In this document: in pieces, positions 1-9,100 of the stretch
Layout of the letters: each line of letters starts with the position of its first letter
How positions within the stretch are numbered: the stretch's first letter is position 1
Origin: a virus
Length of the DNA: 64,000 nucleotides
Reading direction: 5' to 3' (one strand)
IMG/VR virus record: IMGVR_UViG_3300024239_000017
The notes under the pieces: model-generated
What the model saw: only the letters and a program-made list of their open reading frames with translations
Database searches by the model: none
Told to the model about the DNA's origin: nothing
Made by a program: the position numbers and the translations under genes

Positions 1-20
1 ATATTTTCTTTTCTATTTAT

Positions 21-54
21 TGCAAATATATAAATAATATTTGAAATATTAAAA
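21..54 (-). promoter_or_regulatory. Bacteroidota-type promoter for the next gene beyond the left edge
   Basis: Minus strand reads TATATTTGCA (21-30), matching the -7 element TAnnTTTG, just downstream of the 71..4063 stop; -33 element weak. Confidence 0.55.
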
Positions 55-70
55 TATATTAATTATTAAA

Positions 71-3000
71 TTAACATTTGACATCACTATCTTTCCAATA
101 GTCCAAACCTTCTGTATATATGGATTTATAAACTCCTAATGATTGCTCTTTTGTTATAAAAGGTACTGACGAAATATCTTTAAATAATTCAGACTCTATA
201 TAATCATTTTCTACTACATTTATATTTTCAATATTTTCTAAACTATATCTAATATCATTAGTATTTGCAGAATATGTTCCTATATTTTCTGTTGCTGATT
301 TTATTTGGTTGGGAGAGAAAACTGCATAAGTATTGTCTCCTGTATCTTCTATTAATTTAATTCCATCCTTATTATTATTTATTAAGGATTGAGTCATGTC
401 CCATTCACCTCCATCAAATAATTGCCACAACTCACTGTTTTTATCAATTCCAAACTCATATAAGAAACTTCCTTTTTCATCTTTAACTTTATAGTCTATA
501 TCTTCAGTAATTTTACTCCAATCTTCTAATTTTTTTATATTTAAAAATACTTCTTTTATATTTTTCTTTCCACCAAAGTTTTCAATCCTTACATTTGCAG
601 CATTTTCTGCATAATATTTATTTTCAGAAAAAAAATGTAATTTACTGTCTACATTATATGTAACTACACCTCCACGAATCCCTTGTTTATTAGTGAATTC
701 TGTAAATTCATTATTAGTTCCATGATAAACAACCAAAGGCTCACCGTTTTTATCTACAACTTTAGAAGCGTTTTTCGCATCGTTTTCCCAATCACCAAAC
801 CAATCTTTAAACCGTTTTGTTCTTACGTCTAGCCATTGTGCTTCGTTTAGATTAGTAGCTTTTCCATTTGGTGCTTTCATAAAAGTACCATTCGCTTGTG
901 CTTCTGCTTTTATAGCTTCCCTCTCTGATTGTATTTCTGCTAATACTTCTGGTTTTATATTACCGCTATAATCCAAATCATTATTATCAATTAAACTGAA
1001 CATTGTATTTCTATCTCTATCTCCTATAACTTTTTTAAAGGATTTAGATCTATTGTACACTTCCCTAAAGTCTTCATCTTCTAGATTATTCTTACCTCTA
1101 TATTCTGATAATAATCTTGTCCCAGCAAATGTGCCACCATCTAAATGAATAGGTTTTCCATTTTTAATTCCCCAATTGGCTTTTCTAGAAAAATCACCAA
1201 ATAACACCTCTCTATTAAGAATATAAAACATTCCGTATTTGTATAAGGTATCTATTAATTTTTGTGATTGACTATCAAAATCAATTTGAGAAAATTTTGA
1301 AAAATCTGCAAACATTTTTTCTGCCCTTTCTGTTCCTATTTGTTCTCCCTCTACATCATATGTTGGTACTAAATCCCTTGCCTTTATAGGAGGTACTTTT
1401 TCTATTATAACATAATTTAGACCTCTTTCGTATATATCAGGTAATAATTCTTCTTCTACTAAGTCATAGCTTCCCTCATAGATATTTTGCATTAGCCCTC
1501 TAGCTGTTTTTGCTATTTTTATTACCTTTGTATCGTCTAGCTCATAAACAATTCTATCAGAACCTGCGCTTATTCTTTTTAATTTGGGAATATCAAATCT
1601 TTCTCTAGCTGTAAGGTCTGTGTCGTAATCAAAACCTATTCTTCTTCCTACTCTTAGTAATGAGTCTAATTTTTCCTCATTGAACATTTCAGCATTCACA
1701 GCATATGCAAATTCTTTAACAGTCATGTTGGAAACATCTTCGGCAGTATAACCTGTTATACCTACCATATTTTTAAATGCGTTCCATATACTTTCCAACC
1801 ATTTTGCAATATCTGATTTTTTTTCTCTATTGATAATTTCTACACCATTGTTAGCTATTAACTCAGCCATTACTTCTTCCCAATAAGCATCGCTGTTTTC
1901 TTTAAGATCAGGATATAATTTATTAACTCTTTCAATATAATTCTTAACTTCTGATTTATTTTCTTTAAGTAATTTTATACCTGCTTCAAATAAATCTCTT
2001 CTGTTCTCTATTAACCATCCTATCATTGGATGTGAAAATTCGTGTATAGTAGTATTTAATACGTCATTAGATTCCTTATTAATAAATATCTGTCGTGTAT
2101 CTTTTCTATAAAATCCACCTACTACTGTAGCTAAACCATTGTCAATTAGTGATTTACTAAAACTTGTTACATTTTCTATAGTGACAGCACTATCGTCAAA
2201 AACTACATAATTAAATCCTCTTGCTGTATCAGAGGTAGCTCCACGAGAAATAGATTCTGCTGGATATTTTATACCGTCAATACCTGCTTCTAGTAAGAAT
2301 AGAGAGGCTGCTTTATCAGAGCCTAATTGTCTTGATAAGTTTTTATATAAAGCGGATCCTTCAATATTTTTAGTATTAATACCCTCAGATAACATCTTTA
2401 TTATAACGTCATTTTTAGAAATTGCCAAATCATTTATTTTTTTAAATACTTCTTCTGATACTGTATTATCCCATTCTATAAATGTATATTGTTCTGGTGA
2501 TTTACCTTTATGTACTGTTACGCTATAAAGGTGGGGTTTAATAACTGATTTTCTTAAAGCTTTTATCTCTTCGGCTATTCCTTCTAAATTTTTAATAGTA
2601 TTAAGCTTTTCTTCTTCTATTGCTTCATATATTTTAAAAAATAAGTCTTCTGAGGGTTCCTGTGAATATAACTCTAACATTTTATTATGATGATCTAAAT
2701 CGTTTATAGTTGTATATCCCTCTAATAGCATTCTAGAATCTTCCAAGTATCCTTCTAAAGTATAATACTCAAGTATTTCATACATACGTTCCTTAACATA
2801 AGAAGGTGTTACTTTAACTATAGACTTCTTTATTGAACTTATTTTCATATCTATATGACGTAATACCTCTGCCCTACTTTCACTGCTATATATACCATAT
2901 ATTCCGTTTGAGTTAAGTTTTGTAATTATCCTATTAGGTATATTTGGTTCCTTTTTTATAGTAGATAATTTATGAGCGTAATACTTTGCTATACGGTCTA

Positions 3001-4063
3001 TTTCAGTAAAGTATAATCCCCATCCGAAAGCTTGATTTCCCTCCCCTATTCCTATTTTTTCGGTAGAAAACCTATCAAATTTATGTGGAGACCCATGTTT
3101 TAAAACAAGCTCTCTCGCAATATTTTCAGAAATACCAAGTTGTTTTAATTTTTCAACTATCTCATCATTAGTCATTAAATATACGTCTGATGTAAGACCT
3201 TTATTACTTAGTACCTTTACTACATTATTTAATAATATAGTTTCATTATTTATATACTCTGGTGATTTAGCATTTAGTACTTGATTTTCGTCAAGTATTG
3301 CCCATGTTTTAAAATCTTTATAAGGAGCTCTATTTCCACCATAGAAACCGTCTATACCCTCTTCTATAGAACTATCTATTCTAGGTATTATTTTATTACT
3401 TACCTCTTCTACTTCTTCGTATTTTCTTATATTTAAAAATACTGGTTCAAGGAATGAATCTTTTGGTGCATATTTTTGCATAAAACTTTCAGAAGTATTG
3501 AAAGCATCTATTCCTGTAGAATATGTCAATGCAAGTTTTTTATCTTCTACAAATAAAGCAGTATTACTAAATCTATAATCCTGTGGTTTTTCACCGTCTT
3601 GTTTGAAACTATTATACTCATTACCATAAATTCTGTAACCTTGGAACTGTGCACCATTTATATTACTTGTTATAGTTGAAGAAACATGTCCTGACCATAC
3701 TATTTTAGGTTGACCATTTTCATCAACCACTTTTGAAGAATTTTCAGGATCATTTAACCAATCTCCGAAGAAGTTTCTAAATCTTTCAGAATAAACTTCG
3801 CTAACCAATTTGATTGCTTCTTCTTCAGAATATCCCATTTCTTTATATGTATTATAAAGAATACTTGGTTTTCCATTAGGAGCTAAATTTAATGGGTTGT
3901 TATTATTTAATTTTATTGCTTCTGATACATCTATACCTGATTGGTTTTCATCATTAATATCAAATTTAATATTATCTGTATTTGGTGTATATGAAAGGTT
4001 TACAACTTCTACTGAAGTTATATCTCCGTTATCGTTTCTATTTACAACACATTTTTTTGACAT
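71..4063 (-). CDS. Polyvalent virion cargo protein: three ART-PolyVal-like domains, HExxH metallopeptidase and protein-kinase-like domain
   Basis: APNGK..F..(F/W)FGDW..SKVVD.NG.P motif twice; HGSPHKFDRF..GEGNQAFGWGLYFT..GIDGIKY..NYVVFD; GFY..IFIN..TTIHEFSH; AGSDRIVY..VIKIAK..GDFSRKANWG..IHLDGG; lies in the cargo cluster. Confidence 0.75.
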   Translation of the reverse strand: MSKKCVVNRNDNGDITSVEVVNLSYTPNTDNIKFDINDENQSGIDVSEAIKLNNNNPLNLAPNGKPSILYNTYKEMGYSEEEAIKLVSEVYSERFRNFFGDWLNDPENSSKVVDENGQPKIVWSGHVSSTITSNINGAQFQGYRIYGNEYNSFKQDGEKPQDYRFSNTALFVEDKKLALTYSTGIDAFNTSESFMQKYAPKDSFLEPVFLNIRKYEEVEEVSNKIIPRIDSSIEEGIDGFYGGNRAPYKDFKTWAILDENQVLNAKSPEYINNETILLNNVVKVLSNKGLTSDVYLMTNDEIVEKLKQLGISENIARELVLKHGSPHKFDRFSTEKIGIGEGNQAFGWGLYFTEIDRIAKYYAHKLSTIKKEPNIPNRIITKLNSNGIYGIYSSESRAEVLRHIDMKISSIKKSIVKVTPSYVKERMYEILEYYTLEGYLEDSRMLLEGYTTINDLDHHNKMLELYSQEPSEDLFFKIYEAIEEEKLNTIKNLEGIAEEIKALRKSVIKPHLYSVTVHKGKSPEQYTFIEWDNTVSEEVFKKINDLAISKNDVIIKMLSEGINTKNIEGSALYKNLSRQLGSDKAASLFLLEAGIDGIKYPAESISRGATSDTARGFNYVVFDDSAVTIENVTSFSKSLIDNGLATVVGGFYRKDTRQIFINKESNDVLNTTIHEFSHPMIGWLIENRRDLFEAGIKLLKENKSEVKNYIERVNKLYPDLKENSDAYWEEVMAELIANNGVEIINREKKSDIAKWLESIWNAFKNMVGITGYTAEDVSNMTVKEFAYAVNAEMFNEEKLDSLLRVGRRIGFDYDTDLTARERFDIPKLKRISAGSDRIVYELDDTKVIKIAKTARGLMQNIYEGSYDLVEEELLPDIYERGLNYVIIEKVPPIKARDLVPTYDVEGEQIGTERAEKMFADFSKFSQIDFDSQSQKLIDTLYKYGMFYILNREVLFGDFSRKANWGIKNGKPIHLDGGTFAGTRLLSEYRGKNNLEDEDFREVYNRSKSFKKVIGDRDRNTMFSLIDNNDLDYSGNIKPEVLAEIQSEREAIKAEAQANGTFMKAPNGKATNLNEAQWLDVRTKRFKDWFGDWENDAKNASKVVDKNGEPLVVYHGTNNEFTEFTNKQGIRGGVVTYNVDSKLHFFSENKYYAENAANVRIENFGGKKNIKEVFLNIKKLEDWSKITEDIDYKVKDEKGSFLYEFGIDKNSELWQLFDGGEWDMTQSLINNNKDGIKLIEDTGDNTYAVFSPNQIKSATENIGTYSANTNDIRYSLENIENINVVENDYIESELFKDISSVPFITKEQSLGVYKSIYTEGLDYWKDSDVKC

Positions 4064-4065
4064 AA

Positions 4066-6093
4066 TTAACAGAATTTTATCTGGTTATCTTTTATTTCTC
4101 TTGTTTCTTTTACTTTAATTTTACCGCTACTATCAGCTACTACCTCTTCAAAAGTTGCAGGAGTATAGTCTGGTTTTTGTAGATTATAATTCATATATCT
4201 ATCACTAGTATCTACTTTTGCGTATGTATTAGTATCTACTTTTTCATATAAAGTATTATTAACTTTTATAAAATCGCTGATACTATTAGGTGCATATATT
4301 AAATTATTTTTTTTAACATATTTACCTTTAAAATTATCTAACTGATGTAAATTATTCGCAAAAAAATCTCTTTGATTTACATTGTCTATCTCGTTATCTT
4401 GATTACTGAAATATTCCAATGATTCGTTACCTGATAATTTTGAATACGTGACTAATGAATTAAACATATTCTCTGATAATAAATTTTTAATAAGTGAAAA
4501 AGAATATTCACCTATTATAGGTTTTGCTTCTATCCCTCTATTCGATATATAGAATAGTTCTGAAAGCTGTTTATTGTTAATAAGTTCTTTATTAAATTCT
4601 ATAATAAAATCATCTATATTTATTTCTTTAGATATGCCTACTTCTCTTGTTGATGGATTATCTTTTATACTAAGTAATATTTTGTAAGCTGTCAATTTTT
4701 TAATATTATTAACGTCTGATTCATCTCTCAAATAATCATTTGCTTTTGTAGAGACATATTTATCTAAATCTTCTATAAGTAGATCATTATTAATAGGTAT
4801 ATTTTTAACAGATAGAGTTCCTTTTGGAAGTAAAAAATCATTTTGTAATATTAAATCGTATAGTTCTTCTAAACTTTTAGTATTATCTATTCTTTGATAG
4901 ATATTATCATTTACTTTTATTACTGAACTTTCTTCAAATAATTTTTCCTCAGATCTGTTAGTTTCTATATTTATAAAATTACCCTCTCTATTAATTTTAT
5001 CTACTATTTTTATAACAGGTTTAGTTTCTTTATTAAAAAACAAATCGTAAGCATCTGAAAAATCTTTCAATGATTCTTTTAATGAATCATCATTAATTCT
5101 TTGTATATCTATTAAAACATTGTAATAGGAATCTAAAAAATCCATTATTTCATTATAAGACTTATTATAAAATATTTCGTCTATATTAGAAAGATCTATG
5201 CCTTTTTCAGCTGATTGCTTTTTAATATTATCTAAATATCTTTCAACTAATAATGTATCTGTTACAAAATATCCAGCTGGTAATTCTTTTATAAATTCTA
5301 TTTGATTTAATATACTATTATAATACTCTTTAACGTCTATAGTCTGCTCTAATCTAGTATATGTTGATTCTTTTTTCTCGACTATATCTCCTGAGTATTC
5401 ATCAGTTTCATAAGATGGTATAGATTGTTTATTTCTTAAATCTACTAATATTTTTTTTATTAATTCTGGATTATTTAATACCACCTCGTCTCCAATCTCG
5501 TTGGCTTTATTTAGGATTTCTTCTTTTGTTGTTAATCCTATATAATTATTGTATAAATTAGTTAGTATCATATCAGGATTTAATTTATCAAATAATCCCT
5601 TACCTAATACAACATCATATTTTACAGTATTGAAAGTTTCATCTGTGGTGTTTAATTTGTAATAAAGATTTTTTATTTTTGAAATATTTTCATAATTATC
5701 TAATTCAAGTATATCCATACCTGAAAACATTTCACTATTCTTTATTTTTTCTATATCTATGCCGAATATACCATCAACCGTAAATATATTTAAAAATTCA
5801 GTTTTAAAATCTTCTATATTTTTATCTGTTGTTGATAGATTTAGAATATCAATTCTATCCGAATTATTCAAATTGTTAGAATTGATTATATTATCGGCTT
5901 GATTAAAAGCTAGAATATTTTTAAGCGTTGGTTTAACATTTTGTGATTTAAATTCATCTAATAATGTTAACCCATATAAATCTAAAGCTTGTGCTGTATT
6001 ATAATTTGTATATACCAATAATTCCGTCATTAATTTCGGATATGTTTTAGCACTAGGTATATTATTCTTAAAAGTTATTTCGCATTGTGACAT
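4066..6093 (-). CDS. Putative virion cargo protein, 675 aa; start re-assigned to ATG at 6093 (MSQCEITF)
   Basis: The 37 codons upstream in the ORF track run through a promoter and terminator (6098-6173); ATG lies 4 nt after TACTTTTG. Confidence 0.7.
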   Translation of the reverse strand: MSQCEITFKNNIPSAKTYPKLMTELLVYTNYNTAQALDLYGLTLLDEFKSQNVKPTLKNILAFNQADNIINSNNLNNSDRIDILNLSTTDKNIEDFKTEFLNIFTVDGIFGIDIEKIKNSEMFSGMDILELDNYENISKIKNLYYKLNTTDETFNTVKYDVVLGKGLFDKLNPDMILTNLYNNYIGLTTKEEILNKANEIGDEVVLNNPELIKKILVDLRNKQSIPSYETDEYSGDIVEKKESTYTRLEQTIDVKEYYNSILNQIEFIKELPAGYFVTDTLLVERYLDNIKKQSAEKGIDLSNIDEIFYNKSYNEIMDFLDSYYNVLIDIQRINDDSLKESLKDFSDAYDLFFNKETKPVIKIVDKINREGNFINIETNRSEEKLFEESSVIKVNDNIYQRIDNTKSLEELYDLILQNDFLLPKGTLSVKNIPINNDLLIEDLDKYVSTKANDYLRDESDVNNIKKLTAYKILLSIKDNPSTREVGISKEINIDDFIIEFNKELINNKQLSELFYISNRGIEAKPIIGEYSFSLIKNLLSENMFNSLVTYSKLSGNESLEYFSNQDNEIDNVNQRDFFANNLHQLDNFKGKYVKKNNLIYAPNSISDFIKVNNTLYEKVDTNTYAKVDTSDRYMNYNLQKPDYTPATFEEVVADSSGKIKVKETREIKDNQIKFC

Positions 6094-6097
6094 ACTG

Positions 6098-6153
6098 CAA
6101 AAGTATAAAAAAAATTTAATATTACAAAAAGTATTAATATTTATATTAAAAAA
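6098..6153 (-). promoter_or_regulatory. Late-type promoter cassette, copy 1 (56 bp identical to 18740-18795)
   Basis: TTTG..TACTTTTG on the minus strand; exact direct repeat. Confidence 0.8.
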
Positions 6154-6173
6154 CCTCTCTATTAAAGAGAGGT
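6148..6173 (-). terminator. Intrinsic terminator after the 1953-aa gene
   Basis: acctctct/agagaggt stem followed by a U6 run on the minus strand. Confidence 0.8.
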
Positions 6174-6178
6174 CGTTT

Positions 6179-9100
6179 TTAACACATATTGTCTTCTGAT
6201 TCAAATATCCCCTTCATGTCTACAGTGCTTATACTTGATACTGCTTTTTCTGGAATATCTTTAGTTGCTTCGTTTATATTATCACCTAATTTGAATACTA
6301 ATTTATTACTCATAAAAGGATCTTCCATATTTATGTAAATAGTTCTATCTGATTTAAGTAATTCTTCTTCACTTGAAATGTCTATTGTATCATACACATT
6401 TGATAATGTATTTTTAATACTATTCAGATTATAATTTTCACTAGTTACTGCTGTAGATTCATTTAATAAACCATAAGTGTCTAATAAAGCGTTTAGTTTA
6501 AAGAATTTTGCTTCTTTACTTATAGAATCATTCACTATATTGTCTACGTCAGCATCTAAATCTACATTTTCAGGCTTAACATTTATAGGAAAAGCAATAT
6601 TATTATTACCGTATTTGAAAACTACAATAGGTGATTTTTTACCTGATTTAGTTAACGGTCTTATATATTGGTCATTATCTATTTTTATATCGCCTTTAAA
6701 AGTTTTAACTACCCCATCATTATCTACATATCCATAAGAAACCACTTTAGATTCGTCTATATTGTTTTCTATTGGTTTGGAATCTGATGTCAATTGTATT
6801 ATAGGTAAACCTAGGTAAGATTTATCTACTTTTATTGAATATGTTTTAGTAGGATTTTTAATCACTTTTTTTCTCAAAGCTTTTAATTCCGCCCATTGTT
6901 TAGAAGTAGTATTATCCGTTCCTTTAAGAATTTGCACTAACTTACCGTTATGTTTAACATATATTACACCTTTTGATTCATATTCTGTAGAAGATAATCC
7001 CTGGTTATAGTCGTTATTAGGATCAAATTCTAAAGTTACTTCATCGCCTGATTTTAAGCTATTTAAAGCTTCCTTATCAAACATTATCTGCGTTCCATCA
7101 GAAGTTACTGTAAACTCAGATTCTTTAGGGCTCAGTGTTCCGTCAGAGTTAGTAGAATATAATAAAACATAACTACTAGGTTGACCCGTTATAGCATATG
7201 CTTTAAGTCCAAGTAATGATAAAAAAGTATCTATATTACCCTCTATTGAGAAAGCTGTTTCATTTATATTTTTTACAAGATAATTATCTTCTGATAAATT
7301 TACTTTTATATTATTTTTACCTTCGTATATTTCTGATACATACTCTACATTTTCATCATTTATATCTATCTTCTCTAAAATATTTTTATTACCATTAGAA
7401 TCTATTTCATAAACCACTATTTCAGGAGTTAGACCATTTTGTAAAGCACTATTAAGTATTGAAGATAGTTTTATATGTGATAATTCATATCTATCTCTTC
7501 TTTTTTTAATATAAGCTCCGTCATAAACTAAACCTGTTTTTTCTGATCTATACCCTTCGTCCAGTTCTACATTTTCTACTTGATGTATCAAGCTATTTAA
7601 CTGCTGTTCAGAAGTTTCTATATCCTGTTGTTCAGAAGATTCTTTTATATTTTTAAGCTGATTATAAAGATTTATTACATCTAATAAACTTACACCTTCG
7701 ATAAATAAGTTATTTACTATATTAAAAGGAGATAGTTTTTCTCTTAATACTGCTAATCTTTTTTTATCAGTAGAATTTCTATTTTTCTTATTAGACAATT
7801 CTATTAATTCATCTATATCTTCTTGCTCTGGTTTACCTATATTTGCAAGTGTTTCTACATCAGTAAAATCACTCTCATATGAATTTTCTACTACCCATTT
7901 AAGTTGCTCATAAGGTGAAGAATTAGGATCGAATTCACTTACAGGATTTTTAATAGAAGCCAGTTCCATTTTTAATAAAGTAAGTTTCTTTGTAGCCGAA
8001 ACATTGTCGTCCACTAAACCAAGAAGTATATCATTAGATAATTGTTCAATTTCTTCTTCTATTCTTATTTTTTTAGCAATAGAATCTACTTCACCATTTA
8101 ATCTTGCTATCTCTTCTTCTAACCTTATTACTTCTTTTTGTACTAACTCTACTTTTTTATCCTCTAGTTCTGATAATTTGTTTTTCAAATCTGATTCTAG
8201 TATTCTATTTTGTCTGTCTATTTCAGAGATTCTAGAATTTCTATCCTCTGTTTTAGAGATAAGTTCTTCATAAAGTTTTTCAACTTCAAGAACTCTTTCT
8301 GCAAGTTCTCTGATTTCTCTATTTTTTTGTTCTGTGAATTCATTTTCTAATTTATTTAATAAATGATTATATACTATTGCATCTGCTGTACTACCTTTAA
8401 AAGAAATTATTCTTCCGTTTCTAGCTTGTAACTGTACAACATAGTTACCATTTTTATCTTTAAAAATACTATTATCTATGGTGCCATTTCTTAAAGTTAC
8501 TTTATATAATTTACCGTTTATATAAGCTTCATTTCCCTCAATAAGTATGTCATCTTCCTCTAGTTTTTTAAGGTCTTTGATGTTAGAAGTATCTACTTTT
8601 TCTAATGGAAGTGTTTCTTCTTGTATATCTACTATTTCATCTTCATTTACTATCTGAAGTATACCTTTATTTATTTCTAGATTACCTACTATTACATCCC
8701 CATTTGGTTTTATATATTCATACTGAGTATAATTACTTTCTTTAACGGTACTAATATTTTTTTCAATTGTTTGTTTAGGAACTAATTGATTTTCAATACT
8801 CTCTATTTTAGACTCTATTTCTTTTATTTGATTATTAAGGTCTTCAACTATAGGATCTAATTCATCTGTAGTAATTACTTCTTTTTCATTTAAATCGTCT
8901 ATTTGTTCTTGTATTGAAGCTATTTTCTCACTTAACTCTTCATTAAATTCTCCATTAAGTATATTTGATAATTGTACCTTATTATAATTTAATTGAACAG
9001 TTTTTAAATCTATTATTAATGTCTTATTTTCAGTATATGTTTTATCAAAATTATCAATTAATTTTTTATGATTTTCATAGTACTTTTGCTCTAATTCAGT

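Noticed and set aside
6094-6204. ORF-track N-terminal extension MNQKTIC.. of the 712-aa ORF (likewise extensions at 34520-34546, 44664-44693, 52696-52701)
   Set aside because: These extensions run through promoter or terminator elements; the downstream ATGs fit the regulatory layout.
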